DNA of 64,000 nt from Candidatus Poribacteria bacterium (GCA_965198235.1 OZ240248.1:2976001-3040000); one strand, 5' to 3'. Numbered from the stretch's first letter, positions 1 through 10,514 are shown. Notes: a model not told the origin generated them from the letters alone. Translations and numbers: made by a program.

Positions 1-818
1 GTGCCATCTGGTGAATAGCGTTCGATTTCCGCATTTGCCCGATCGGAAGCATCCAATCGATTTGTGCCGTAAGGCACTGTAATGTGATGTCCTGTACCGA
101 ATTGTCCCGGTTCATCGCCTTTGCCGCCGAATGCCAACGGATACCAACTCGCCTCAAGCGGATCAAGACTCGTGAGTTTCGCCCCCAAAATGTAATCTAA
201 ATCAGAGTAACCCGTCGTAACGTAAAGCATTCCATCAATATGCGTTATGCCGGTGGGAACAAACTTTCCACCTTCACTGAAATAGGTGTTAACTGCCTGA
301 TGCTCGAAATCGGTCATCGCGCCTGGGGATTCCAGCGTATGAACGAGTTTCCCGTCCATCGTCGTCGTGAAAATCTTGCCGACATCGTTCGCAGGGAAAG
401 AGAGGTAAGGTGTCCCAGCAGATGTCGCCCAGGCGGTTGTGTAGTGTGCATTGGCTTTTTTCAGTGCAGGAGGAGTCTCAATGAGTCGCGTGGTTTTCAA
501 ATCTGCACTGATTTGAATGATACCGACTCCGGGTAGTGCGAAATAGGTTTCTCCTTTCCCTTCCCGTCGGTCTACGTCAAACCCACCGTGCGCCTTGTCA
601 ATTGCGGAAACGACTTCTGGCGGAAAATGATCGCGCATATAGAGGACCTTGAACTTAAGCGCGCCCTGCCCGCTGGTAAGTTTCATGTCAGATACTTCAT
701 GGTGTGCTACAAACTGGAAATTTCCTATTTCTGTTGGAGGGTGTTCTGTCACATGCGCATAAATGGGTCCAACTACTATAAAGGTAACGGCAAAAATTAA
801 AAAGACAATCCGTCTCAT
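1..818 (-). CDS. Secreted NHL/beta-propeller-like protein, runs off the window edge (not in ORF track)
   Basis: Manual translation MRRIVFLIFAVTFIVVGPIYAHVTEH...KAHGGFDVDRREGKG...FGGKGDEPGQFGTGH...SDRANAEIERYSPDG; GAGGAG RBS; signal peptide; NHL-like FGGKGxxPGQF and DRxNxxI motifs. Confidence 0.7.
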   Translation of the reverse strand, partial: MRRIVFLIFAVTFIVVGPIYAHVTEHPPTEIGNFQFVAHHEVSDMKLTSGQGALKFKVLYMRDHFPPEVVSAIDKAHGGFDVDRREGKGETYFALPGVGIIQISADLKTTRLIETPPALKKANAHYTTAWATSAGTPYLSFPANDVGKIFTTTMDGKLVHTLESPGAMTDFEHQAVNTYFSEGGKFVPTGITHIDGMLYVTTGYSDLDYILGAKLTSLDPLEASWYPLAFGGKGDEPGQFGTGHHITVPYGTNRLDASDRANAEIERYSPDG

Positions 819-832
819 CTGAAATCTCCTCT

Positions 833-1606
833 CTATCCTTGTATCATTGATCGAAACTTTTTGGTAAACTCGCAACTACGCGCGATACTCGCTACATCTT
901 CCATCTTGTATTGGACAACGAGCGGACCTGAAAAACCGATCTCCTTCAAGCCTTGCGCAAACGTCTCAAAATCGAAAACGCCACCACCCGGTTCACCGCG
1001 GTTACTCCCCGATACATGTACATCACCGAGGCATGCCTTCATCGCGTGCGCCGCCGTGTGCGGTTCAGCCCCATCGTTAAAAAGATGGTACGTGTCACAC
1101 GTCAGATAGACCTGCAGACCCGTCCCCTCAATGAATGCCACACCTTCGCGATAGTTATCAAGCGGACACCCTTTCTCAAACTCAAGCGCGATCTTCATTC
1201 CATTCTCATTGCAAGCGGGTATCATTTGAGACAGACTATCGGCAAGTGCATCCAGAGACTCCTCTCGCGACACACCTTCGGACGGGTTCACCCACACCCC
1301 GATAACTTCGGCGTCGAATCGACGTGCGACTTCGAGTACGATCTCAAAGTGCTGCAATGCTTCAGTTTTTCGGGCGGGAGTTGTCAAGATATGGTTGCCG
1401 AAGCCAATCGTTGGGGCAACGAGATTATGTTTCTCAGCGAGACTCACAGCGTCATCTATCTCTGCAGTCGAGAGTTCACCGAGAAAACCGGAATTTACGG
1501 GGATGTTGATGCCTTCGTAGCCTGCATCGGCGACGAGGTCAAAAATCTCGGCACGCGTAAATCTACCTAATGTGCCAGAATACGGGTCGTAACAGATAGT
1601 TAACAT
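833..1606 (-). CDS. Sugar phosphate isomerase/epimerase (xylose isomerase-like TIM barrel)
   Basis: GYEGI, ALEFE, DTYH, VHVSGSNRGEPG motifs. Confidence 0.85.
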   Translation of the reverse strand: MLTICYDPYSGTLGRFTRAEIFDLVADAGYEGINIPVNSGFLGELSTAEIDDAVSLAEKHNLVAPTIGFGNHILTTPARKTEALQHFEIVLEVARRFDAEVIGVWVNPSEGVSREESLDALADSLSQMIPACNENGMKIALEFEKGCPLDNYREGVAFIEGTGLQVYLTCDTYHLFNDGAEPHTAAHAMKACLGDVHVSGSNRGEPGGGVFDFETFAQGLKEIGFSGPLVVQYKMEDVASIARSCEFTKKFRSMIQG

Positions 1607-1830
1607 TTTTCCTCGCTTGAATCCGTTTCTTTCAGTAAGGGATACGGATCTTCCTTCGTCAGTTCGCCATTCGGGAGTTCATAGTAGAGATGCCCATTGA
1701 AATCATACACGTTCGGGATCCCTTTCTTACGGTTCTCTTCCTGTGCCCTTTTGACGGCGCGATTGCCGATCCGCAAGAACTCAAGCGTCTTTTTATAAAT
1801 ATCCGGGGAATCTAATTTGTCTTGATGCAT
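1600..1830 (-). CDS. Small conserved hypothetical protein
   Basis: GGAGG RBS; RIGNRAVKRAQEENRKKGIPNVYDFNGHLYYELPNGE; overlaps the start of the next gene. Confidence 0.7.
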   Translation of the reverse strand: MHQDKLDSPDIYKKTLEFLRIGNRAVKRAQEENRKKGIPNVYDFNGHLYYELPNGELTKEDPYPLLKETDSSEEKC

Positions 1831-1885
1831 TATGCACCTCCATTGCGAATGTCTCGCATAAACAGTTCAAAGAACGGAGCCCGGC

Positions 1886-3175
1886 TCACTTCTTGTTCAA
1901 ACAACACTGCTTATACTTTCGACCGCTACCACACGGACACGGCGAGTTTCGTCCGACTTTCTGTGAGCCTATTGAGGTGCTGACGCGTGTTTGTTCCTGC
2001 TGACGTTGGCGTAAGATAGACATGATACTATTTGCAGGCCGTCCCGCTTGCAGGGCGGCAGCCATCATCTTCATCGGTTCGTCAATATGATTGAAAAACT
2101 GCTTATAGCCTGCACAGAGGTAGTTCAAGCCATCTTCACCCGTAGGCGTTTTGATAAATCGGTTCTTTGGACAGCCGCCATTGCAGACGAACTTCACTTC
2201 GCAGCTTCGGCAGTATTCGGGCAGCGTATCCCGTTTATCGGTTCCGAATTTGCGCTGGAACGTTGAATCCACCATCTCAGCAATGGTGTTGTCCTCAATA
2301 TTTCCGACGTGATAGTCAGGCGTAACGAAATGGTCGCAAGAGTAGAGATCACCATTATGCTCAATTGCGAGCGCATCACCGCAGGTTTCATTGAAAATGC
2401 AGAGGCTTGGATTATAGCCCAACCACGCCTCTAATGCTACATCGAAAATCTGGACGAAAATCTTTCCGATGTCGTTCACGACCCATTCATCAAAAATAGT
2501 GCAGAGGAATTTGCCGTACTGCCGCGCTGTAACGGAACGCGGGGACACATTCTTTCCACCGAAATGCTCAACCGCTGGAATAAACTGCATAAACTCTGCG
2601 CCAAGTTCTTTGAAATAGTTGTAGACCTCCATCGGGTACTCAGCATTGTGTTTATTGACGACACAAAGTATATTGTAATCGACCTTGTGTTTCTGCAAAA
2701 CACGCAACCCGCGAATTACCTGTTCCGATGATGACCTACCGCGTTTGTCGTAGCGGTATTTATCGTGAGTTTCCGGCGGTCCATCGATACTCACCCCGAT
2801 TAAGAATTTGTTCCGCTTGAAAAACTCCGCCCATTCATCGTCAAGGAGAGTGGCATTCGTCTGAAACGAATTCTGAATCTGCATACCGGGACGTTTATGT
2901 TTCTGCTGGTATCTGACTGCCTGTCGGAAGAAGTCTACACCCATCAATGTAGGTTCGCCACCTTGCCATGCGAACGTAACTTCGTTGACATCCTGTGCGT
3001 CAATGTATTGCTTGACGTAGTTCTCCAAAATTTCGTCAGTCATACGGAAGGACCGCGTTTCGGGATAGAGTTTCTCTTTATCGAGATAGAAGCAGTACTC
3101 GCAATCCAAATTGCATATCGGCCCGATCGGCTTTGTCATCACATGAAATGCGCGCGGTACGTTATATTCAACCAT
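1886..3175 (-). CDS. Anaerobic sulfatase maturase (radical SAM/SPASM) with C-terminal SEC-C motif
   Basis: CNLDCEYC, WQGGEPTL, YSCDHFV, CRSC...GGCPK, GRNSPCPCGSGRKYKQCC. Confidence 0.93.
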   Translation of the reverse strand: MVEYNVPRAFHVMTKPIGPICNLDCEYCFYLDKEKLYPETRSFRMTDEILENYVKQYIDAQDVNEVTFAWQGGEPTLMGVDFFRQAVRYQQKHKRPGMQIQNSFQTNATLLDDEWAEFFKRNKFLIGVSIDGPPETHDKYRYDKRGRSSSEQVIRGLRVLQKHKVDYNILCVVNKHNAEYPMEVYNYFKELGAEFMQFIPAVEHFGGKNVSPRSVTARQYGKFLCTIFDEWVVNDIGKIFVQIFDVALEAWLGYNPSLCIFNETCGDALAIEHNGDLYSCDHFVTPDYHVGNIEDNTIAEMVDSTFQRKFGTDKRDTLPEYCRSCEVKFVCNGGCPKNRFIKTPTGEDGLNYLCAGYKQFFNHIDEPMKMMAAALQAGRPANSIMSILRQRQQEQTRVSTSIGSQKVGRNSPCPCGSGRKYKQCCLNKK

Positions 3176-3261
3176 CTGATTTCCCTCTTTTTGCCTTAAC
3201 CTTGTAGCATAGCCTCCAAAGATGTCTTAAAGTTTAGCACATTTCACGTGAATCTACAAGT

Positions 3262-3393
3262 TTTTAATTTTACCTTGCGGTTCGGTCAGGTGAATTGATG
3301 AGAGACCGCCATTCGCCGTATATCTGAAGAAATACCCAAGCAATACGCAGAAATACCCTATCAAAAACACCCCTCCATTACATTACGGGCTAC
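3262..3393 (+). repeat. Dispersed repeat of the same family as 28602-28783, with nested micro-module
   Basis: Shares TTTTAAT..CCTTGCGGTTCGGT.AGG...CGTATATC...GGCTAC with the tandem copies at 28.6 kb. Confidence 0.75.
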
Positions 3394-3646
3394 GGTTTTG
3401 ATGTTATCTTAATTCGGAAACCTTCAGTTTCCGTCAATCCCAAGAGGAAGGCTCTGCGTTTTTTCGGGCATCTCCATCTAAAAGAACGTGCTACGGCCAA
3501 AATTGCACAAATTCTGGTTTAGAAAAAAGAGAGATGTGATATAATATTTTATGTGAAAGACATATAGAATAATTCGTTCACTTAACGTTTTAAGACTTCG
3601 TGTCGAATAAAAATTTGGGCATTTCGTATTTCATGGAGGCGTTCAA

Positions 3647-4417
3647 ATGAAACTGTTATATATAGGTGTTGCCTTGCTCTTATGTCTTAGCACCCTTTCA
3701 TGGGCATTAGAAGAGGATGATCCAGCAATCGTTGGGGTCTGGCTTTTTGAAGGCGATGTTAAAGATACAACAGCTAACGGCAATGATGGAAAGATTGTCG
3801 GAAATTTTAAGTTTGAAGACGGTAAATTCGGTAAAGCAGTCGTTGCGGGTGGAGGTGGTAGCATCGATGTGGCAGATTCAAAAAGCCTCCAGAGTGTCAG
3901 CGAAGAATTGACTGTAGCTGCCTGGTTCCGCGTAGATGCCGATTCAGATACCGGTGTCAGGAAAAACGGTGCCTATTTGTTAGAAGACCAGTCTGGCGGT
4001 GAACCGATACCTGACGGTTTCTCATTCAGAGTCTGGACAGCCAACGGTATTACACCCGGATTTTACGGCAAAACAGAATTAGAACAAGGAAAATGGCACC
4101 ATGTCGCCGGAACATACGATGGAAAAAATGTTGAGATGTACGTTGACGGTGAACCTGAGAGTAAAAAAGGGGCGTTGGCATCCAACAAGGCAGATTGGAA
4201 ACCAGAATGGGGGGGCAAGGTCGCCGCGGGTCAGGTATTGCAACTCAAATTCGGTCCAGAATCGTTCACCGGTGGTATTGACGAGATTGTTCTTGTCAAC
4301 CGTGCGCTTGAGGCGGATGAGATCCAGCAGTTGCTGAATGGGTGGGATGAAGCTTTTGCCGTTGAACCGGAAGGAAAACTGGCAACGACATGGGCGAGAG
4401 TAAAGGCAACTCGGTAA
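3647..4417 (+). CDS. Secreted LamG-like (concanavalin A) domain protein with TWG-type C-terminal tail
   Basis: Signal peptide; GKFGKA, WHHVAGTYDG, YVDG, GGIDE; ends AVEPEGKLATTWARVK. Confidence 0.88.
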   Translation: MKLLYIGVALLLCLSTLSWALEEDDPAIVGVWLFEGDVKDTTANGNDGKIVGNFKFEDGKFGKAVVAGGGGSIDVADSKSLQSVSEELTVAAWFRVDADSDTGVRKNGAYLLEDQSGGEPIPDGFSFRVWTANGITPGFYGKTELEQGKWHHVAGTYDGKNVEMYVDGEPESKKGALASNKADWKPEWGGKVAAGQVLQLKFGPESFTGGIDEIVLVNRALEADEIQQLLNGWDEAFAVEPEGKLATTWARVKATR

Positions 4418-4446
4418 GTTGATGAAAAAGTGAGTTAGGCGGAAGG

Positions 4447-4503
4447 TCGCGATTCGGAAACTGTTTCTACAACTAAGAATCGCGACCGGAAGGTCACTCC
4501 TAC
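4447..4503 (-). repeat. REP-like repeat pair (GTAG-hairpin type)
   Basis: TCGCGACCGGAAGGTCACTCCTAC matches copies near 49365 and 53771. Confidence 0.75.
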
Positions 4504-4515
4504 AGTTTTGAATTT

Positions 4516-6018
4516 GTGATTATGTTGGATAAATCAACTGGAATTGGAGAGGTTTTTACCCCGCTGAAATGGGCAAAGTGGCTCATCGACAAGTGGGATA
4601 TCTTCGACGCATGGATTGATGGTGCGCACATCTGTGACCCCACAGCAGGGAAAGGGGCATTCGTCCTCGCACTTCTGGACATCGCACATCGTGAAGGTGT
4701 CCCTATCACCCCCGAACGCTTATCACGCCTAACGCTCATCGAGATGAACGCTTCACATCTGGCGTGGTTTAGAAAAAACGTCAAACAAGAATTCGGTGTT
4801 GATTTCCCAACATCCCAACTCTTTTGCCAAGATGTGATCATGGAGTCGCACGCCGGAAAGTATGATCTTCTTATCGGGAACCCACCGTGGATGAATTTCG
4901 GGGATCTGCCATCGGATTACAAAACGCGTATAAAGCCTTTTTTTCTCGCAGAAGGGCTGGTGTCAGACAGACAGCGGCTGCTCTTAGGTTCCTCTCGTAT
5001 CGACATCGCCGCACTTGTTTTGAAGACCGTTCTCGGAAGATTGCTGAAAAAGAATGGTGTTGGATATTTTTACCTCCCGCTTTCCCTCTTTTTCGGTGAT
5101 GGCGCGCATAGCGGTTTTAGAAATTATCGCGCAAATCAGCGCGATTTCGCCGTAGACACGGTCTATGAATTCACATCGACCCAAGTGTTTCAAGGCGTTA
5201 ATACGTCATACTGTTGTGCTAAATTTCGGTGCGATACGCGCCAGACTTTCCCTGTTCCGTATTTCAGAGAATTGGACGGAGAATGGACTGAGCATAAGGC
5301 AGTACCACTTAATGATTCTGCAGATCCGTGGCGGATCGTGCGGAACCTCAACGAACTGAATACAGGTGGAGCCCTTAACGTTAACTTGTCGTCGACACAA
5401 ACACCGCGACAGGGTGTGAATACATGCGGTGCCAACAGCGTTTTTATTTTTCAAGACAAGCCCTCACACCTCCCTGAAGCGTTCCTATATCCGCTCGCGA
5501 CAAAGGAAATTTGGCGACAAGACGCATCGTTCCCTCATAAATGGATACTTCTACCGTATCATCGGCAAACAGGGAAACCGCTCATGCAGCACCAGATTGA
5601 ACAGCATACCCTCTTAAAAGACTATCTCCACAGTGCTGAAGAAATGCTACGATCCCGCAAGGGAACGCTTCTCCGATCGGCTATTGATAGAGGATATTGG
5701 TGGGGACTGCTTGGTGTCGGCACCTATGCGTTTGCACCGTTCAAAGTGATGTGGGAGGCGTATGGGAAAAGTCGGTTTAACCCAGTTGTGTTGGGTTGTA
5801 TAGATGGGCAGGCTTGGCAGGGCAACCAGTCGATGCATGCGTTCATCCCGTGCTGGTCTGAAGGTGCCGCACACAGGATTAAGAAGGCACTTGAGAATCC
5901 CGAAATTTCGACGCTATTGCGGCAACTCAATGGTGCGGGCAAATGCAATTGGGCACAACCGGGCAAAATCAAAAAAATTCTTTCGTTTAGAGAATCGCAT
6001 GAAACTCAAAAGGATTAG
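4516..6018 (+). CDS. Amino (probably N6-adenine) DNA methyltransferase, solitary
   Basis: GEVFTP, DPTAGKGAF (motif I), GNPPW (motif IV), C-terminal target-recognition-like region. Confidence 0.82.
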   Translation: MIMLDKSTGIGEVFTPLKWAKWLIDKWDIFDAWIDGAHICDPTAGKGAFVLALLDIAHREGVPITPERLSRLTLIEMNASHLAWFRKNVKQEFGVDFPTSQLFCQDVIMESHAGKYDLLIGNPPWMNFGDLPSDYKTRIKPFFLAEGLVSDRQRLLLGSSRIDIAALVLKTVLGRLLKKNGVGYFYLPLSLFFGDGAHSGFRNYRANQRDFAVDTVYEFTSTQVFQGVNTSYCCAKFRCDTRQTFPVPYFRELDGEWTEHKAVPLNDSADPWRIVRNLNELNTGGALNVNLSSTQTPRQGVNTCGANSVFIFQDKPSHLPEAFLYPLATKEIWRQDASFPHKWILLPYHRQTGKPLMQHQIEQHTLLKDYLHSAEEMLRSRKGTLLRSAIDRGYWWGLLGVGTYAFAPFKVMWEAYGKSRFNPVVLGCIDGQAWQGNQSMHAFIPCWSEGAAHRIKKALENPEISTLLRQLNGAGKCNWAQPGKIKKILSFRESHETQKD

Positions 6019-6026
6019 GCATATAC

Positions 6027-6968
6027 ATGACTCAACAAACAGGGTTCGCCTACCATCCAGACTATCTTAATCACGACACCGGTCCGAATCATCCGGAACG
6101 ACCAGACCGGCTACGCGCGAGTTTAGCAGCACTTCAAGAAAGTGATGTCTGGGAACAGTTACACCCCATCGAACCAACACCAGCAAGTGTCGCGCAACTC
6201 TGTTACGCACACGAACCAACCTATCCTGAACACATCCAACAATTTTCCGAACGAGAATTGCCCCTCACCTACGACACTCCCGTCGTGAAGGCTTCATTTG
6301 ATATAGCAAAACTTTCCGCGGGTGGGGTGCTGCGTATCGCGGATGCCGTCGTAACGGGAGCAGTGAAAAACGCCTTCGCTGTGGTACGTCCACCCGGACA
6401 TCACGCAACACAGAATCGGAGCATGGGGTTTTGCTTGTTCAATAATATCGCGATTGCGGCTCGTTATCTTCAGCGGGAACACGGCATTGGAAAGGTCGCG
6501 ATTGTAGACTGGGATGTTCATCACGGAAACGGCACACAAGACATTTTCTATGAAGATAGTTCTGTCTTCTTTTTCTCTATCCACCAGTCGCCCCTCTACC
6601 CCGGCACGGGTTCAAGCTATGAACGCGGGAGCGGAAAAGCACATGGCACAACGCTAAACATGCCAATGCCCGCGGGGAGCGGTGATAACGAATACATTGC
6701 AGTCTTTACGGATGTTCTCATTCCTACCTTAAAAGATTTCTCGCCTGAGGTCATATTAATTTCAGCAGGATTCGATGCGCACTACCTCGACCCGCTTGCC
6801 GGGACTGAACTCACAGCAGACGGATTTGCCACACTGACGGACCTAATTCTTGAATTTGCCGAGGAAACCGCATCGGGTCGTGTTGTCTCTGCGTTGGAAG
6901 GTGGTTATAGTTTAGAAGGGGTATCTGAATCCGTTGTAGCACATGTAGAACGTTTAGTTAAGGGATAG
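6027..6968 (+). CDS. Histone deacetylase family protein
   Basis: HPERPDRL, RPPGHHA, GFCLFNN, DWDVHHGNGTQ, SAGFDAH, LEGGY. Confidence 0.95.
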   Translation: MTQQTGFAYHPDYLNHDTGPNHPERPDRLRASLAALQESDVWEQLHPIEPTPASVAQLCYAHEPTYPEHIQQFSERELPLTYDTPVVKASFDIAKLSAGGVLRIADAVVTGAVKNAFAVVRPPGHHATQNRSMGFCLFNNIAIAARYLQREHGIGKVAIVDWDVHHGNGTQDIFYEDSSVFFFSIHQSPLYPGTGSSYERGSGKAHGTTLNMPMPAGSGDNEYIAVFTDVLIPTLKDFSPEVILISAGFDAHYLDPLAGTELTADGFATLTDLILEFAEETASGRVVSALEGGYSLEGVSESVVAHVERLVKG

Positions 6969-6981
6969 TGACTGCTTTCCG

Positions 6982-7222
6982 CTGCTGGCGAGGTTTGCAA
7001 CCTCGCCCACAATGTCCAAGTAATTATCTGAATCGCGGATTACACAGATTGCGCAGATTTTAGGCGTTCGCCTAAAGATAAGTTGGGATTTCGCCGAGAT
7101 GCCCTTAAGGAATGAGAGTGTTGGGTTTCGCGTTGAAGCACGTATGAGGAATTTGAGGGAAATGGAAGCCCAAAAGCAAGCATGGTTTTTGGGTGTTGTT
7201 TCTGTGCTCAACCCAACCTACA
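6982..7222. repeat. Cluster of REP-like repeats between convergent genes
   Basis: GCTGGCGAGGTTTGCAACCTCGCC hairpin; TCTGAATCGCGGATTACACAGATT (reverse-complement copy near 25380-25423); GTTGGGTT...AACCCAACCTAC. Confidence 0.7.
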
Positions 7223-7236
7223 TGCTGAACTGACAA

Positions 7237-7938
7237 TTATAGTTTCTTTCCAACGTGAATCGAAACGATACCGAATGTTTTTCGATAGAAATGTACATCT
7301 GTCAGTCCACACTGCTCCATAACCGCTTTCAGCGCATCACAATTCGGGAATTTCATGACGGAACGCGGAAGATACCCATAAGCGTCATCCTTGTTTCGGG
7401 AGATAAGGTTCCCGACAAAAGGCAGGATTTTGGTGAAATAGAAATAGTAGAGGCTCCGAAACAGTGGATTCACGGGCTGCGTAAACTCCAAAATAACGAC
7501 CCTACCTCCCGGTGCCACAACGCGTACCATCTCACGTATTCCTATCTCCAAATCTGAAACATTTCGGATACCGAAACCGACAGAGACAACGTCAAAAGTA
7601 TTGTCTAAAAAGGGAAGGATTAGGGTGTCCGCTGTCAGAAAGTTTGTGCCTGCCCCCCGCTCCCTCCGTTCCATCTTCTGATCGCCGATAACCAGCATCT
7701 CAAAGCAGAAGTCTGAAGCAATCACAAAACCTTCCGTCCCAATTTTATCAGCGTACGCAAGGGCGAGTTCCCCCGTACCGGTGCAGACATCCAGTACCTT
7801 ACTTCTTAAGTCCACACCGCTTGCCTTGACCGTTTCGCGTCGCCAAGCCCCGTCGCGTTTGAGACTTAAAAGGGCGTTGAGTAGGTCGTAGTGGCGCGCG
7901 ATGGCTGAAAACAGGTTCTTTATTCGATGGGCATGCAT
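7237..7938 (-). CDS. menG: Demethylmenaquinone methyltransferase UbiE/MenG
   Basis: YDLLN, VLDVCTGTGE, GFGIRNV, LEF, YGYLPRSV. Confidence 0.9.
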   Translation of the reverse strand: MHAHRIKNLFSAIARHYDLLNALLSLKRDGAWRRETVKASGVDLRSKVLDVCTGTGELALAYADKIGTEGFVIASDFCFEMLVIGDQKMERRERGAGTNFLTADTLILPFLDNTFDVVSVGFGIRNVSDLEIGIREMVRVVAPGGRVVILEFTQPVNPLFRSLYYFYFTKILPFVGNLISRNKDDAYGYLPRSVMKFPNCDALKAVMEQCGLTDVHFYRKTFGIVSIHVGKKL

Positions 7939-7951
7939 AGTCCTGATCGTC

Positions 7952-8048
7952 CATTTTTTAAACTACTTTTATTTATTGGCACCTGGGTGTTGTTCCACTA
8001 CGTTCCACAGTAACGGGCAGGGACCCCGGTTTTTGGTTAATTCCAACG
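7952..8048 (-). repeat. TTAACC...TTAAAAA dispersed element (MITE-like family)
   Basis: Reverse complement reads GTTGGAATTAACC...GTGGAACGTAGTGGAAC...TTAAAAAATG, matching 42241-42313. Confidence 0.75.
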
Positions 8049-8117
8049 GAGATCTGAACATGAACAGTCATCAAGAATCCATGTAGTCAGTCCATACGTC
8101 ACATCCGCAGCAGCATT

Positions 8118-10514
8118 CTACATTCGCAATTCTGCACCCAATTCCCAATTAAGACGTTTAACAACCTCGTCGTGAAGGGCATTGACCGCTTTATCTGTCA
8201 ACGTTTCGGTCGCAGAATGATAGGTGATGGTATAGGCGAGGCTCTTCTTACCTTCCGGAACCTGTTCACCTTCATAGACATCAAACAGACGAACCGAGTC
8301 TACAGAGTCCCCACCCGTCGTATAGATAAGCTCTGTCGGCATATCTGACAGTATCTCCTTATCTACGACTATCGCAAGGTCGCGCGCGACCTTTGGGTAG
8401 ATGGAAATCGGTTCAAAGCGTTTGGCAAATGTAGCAGCATCCGTTAAGCCTTCAAGGTCGAACTCAAAGAGATACGCTTTATACGGTAAATCGTAGTTTT
8501 CGAGCACCTCTGGGTGTACCTCTCCGAAGACACCGATCCGTCTATCACCCAACAACACTTCTGCGTTCCTGCCCGGATGGAAGGTGGGAGCGTCCGTCTT
8601 CTGTAGCGTCCAATCAGCAACGCCGCATACTTCAAGCATCCCCTCTACAAGTCCTTTGATGTCAAAGAAATCTGGATGTCGGTACGGATCACTATAGACC
8701 CCTTCCCCAATCTGCCCAGCAAGGACACCCGTAACGCGTTCCGGCTCTTTCTCCTTGCCATCGTGGACGAATACATTTCCGATTTCAAAGAGCGCAATAG
8801 TGTCTATCTGGTGATTACGGTTATGCTGTGCGTTTTCGAGCAGCCCCGGCGTTAGGGTTGTGCGTAGCACTGACATCTCTGGACTCAACGGGTTACGGAG
8901 TTGCAAGGTGTTACGAAGCGGATCATCTGCATTCAACCGGATCTTATCAAAGCAATTGGGGTCGCAAAAACTATAGTTCACCGCTTCCATCATTCCAGCC
9001 GCGAGGAGAAAATGTTTGATACGTCTGCGGACTTCTGTCTTTGGATTCGGTGTCGGCACAGAAATATCGCCTTTGGGCAATGTGGTCGGAATATTATCAT
9101 AGCCGTAGACTCGCGCGATTTCCTCGATGAGGTCGATTTCGCGGGTAACGTCAGACCTGAACGTCGGCACAGCGACTTGATAGACCTCTCCAGTAGCGTC
9201 CACGTCGAAACCGAGACGGTTTAAAATCTGCGCCATCTCCGCTGCTTCGAGTGTCGTCCCTAATACGAAATTGACGCGATCGGGACGGAGTTGAATTTCG
9301 GTCAATGGCTGTTGTCCCGGATAAACATCAACGATGTCTTCACAGACAGTGCCACCTGCCAATTCGGCTATGAGTTGTGCCGCGCGATCAAGGGCAGCGA
9401 GGACTGCGCCCGGGTCGGCACCACGCTCAAATCTGTAGGAGGCTTCCGTACTGATTCCCAACGCTTTTGCGGTAGCACGAATACTTGATGGATTGAAATA
9501 GGCACTCTCCAGTAGGACATCACAGGTCGTTTCTGTAATTTCCGAATCGTAGCCACCCATAATTCCAGCGAGTGCAACAGGTTTTTCGGCATCCGCGATG
9601 ACGAGCATATCGGGTGTGAGTTCGCGTTCAACTTCATCAAGAGTTGTTATTTGTTCACCGTCCATCGCGCGGCGAACAACAATACGGTTCTCTGTAAGCT
9701 TGTGATAATCAAAGGCATGGAGCGGCTGTCCATATTCCATTAAGACGAAGTTAGTGACATCGACAATGTTGTTAATAGCGCCTATACCAACAGACTCAAG
9801 CTGTTGTCGCAACCATGCTGGCGATTCCGTCACCTTAATGCCTTGAATGACGCGTGCTGCGTAACGCGGGCAAAGATCTGGTGCATCGATCGTAACAGAC
9901 GTTAAGTCTCGGACGTTGATGCCACTTTCCTTCAGGTTAACAGTAGGTAGTTTTAAAAGATTTCCGGTCTCCGCTCGGATTTCGCGAGCAACACCGATCA
10001 GGCTGAGGCAATCGGGACGGTTGGGTGTAATCTCCAGTTCAAACACAACATCGTCTAATCCGAGAGCCTCTGAAAGAGGTGTCCCAAGGGGTATATCCGT
10101 CGGTAATTCCATCAAACCGGCGGCATCGTCAGAAAGTCCTAACTCCTTTTCAGAGCAGAGCATTCCTTGCGAAGTCTCGCCGCGCAGCTTTGCGCGTTTG
10201 ATCGTCAAACCGACAGGTAGTGTTGCACCGATTGTAGCGACAGGCGCGAGCATTCCCTCTCCGACATTCGGGGCACCGCAGACAATCTGAAGCTCCTCTG
10301 TTCCACCGGTATCTACCTGACAGAGAACGAGTTTATCGGCGTTTGGGTGCGGTCGGATCGAGGTAACGCTACCGACAATTACACCTTCGAGTTCGGCTCC
10401 AAGATGCTTGACGGATTCAACCTCAACACCTAACATTGTCAACCGATCAGCGAGTTCGCTTGGAGAAAATTCAAAATCGATATAGGCTTTAAGCCAATTT
10501 AGGGTCACGTTCAT
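8118..10514 (-). CDS. pheT: Phenylalanine--tRNA ligase beta subunit
   Basis: HPNADKL, IVCGAPN, SQGMLCS, TPNRPDCLS, RFERG, DLIEEIAR, FDVYEG...GKKSLAY; ATG at 10514. Confidence 0.97.
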   Translation of the reverse strand: MNVTLNWLKAYIDFEFSPSELADRLTMLGVEVESVKHLGAELEGVIVGSVTSIRPHPNADKLVLCQVDTGGTEELQIVCGAPNVGEGMLAPVATIGATLPVGLTIKRAKLRGETSQGMLCSEKELGLSDDAAGLMELPTDIPLGTPLSEALGLDDVVFELEITPNRPDCLSLIGVAREIRAETGNLLKLPTVNLKESGINVRDLTSVTIDAPDLCPRYAARVIQGIKVTESPAWLRQQLESVGIGAINNIVDVTNFVLMEYGQPLHAFDYHKLTENRIVVRRAMDGEQITTLDEVERELTPDMLVIADAEKPVALAGIMGGYDSEITETTCDVLLESAYFNPSSIRATAKALGISTEASYRFERGADPGAVLAALDRAAQLIAELAGGTVCEDIVDVYPGQQPLTEIQLRPDRVNFVLGTTLEAAEMAQILNRLGFDVDATGEVYQVAVPTFRSDVTREIDLIEEIARVYGYDNIPTTLPKGDISVPTPNPKTEVRRRIKHFLLAAGMMEAVNYSFCDPNCFDKIRLNADDPLRNTLQLRNPLSPEMSVLRTTLTPGLLENAQHNRNHQIDTIALFEIGNVFVHDGKEKEPERVTGVLAGQIGEGVYSDPYRHPDFFDIKGLVEGMLEVCGVADWTLQKTDAPTFHPGRNAEVLLGDRRIGVFGEVHPEVLENYDLPYKAYLFEFDLEGLTDAATFAKRFEPISIYPKVARDLAIVVDKEILSDMPTELIYTTGGDSVDSVRLFDVYEGEQVPEGKKSLAYTITYHSATETLTDKAVNALHDEVVKRLNWELGAELRM

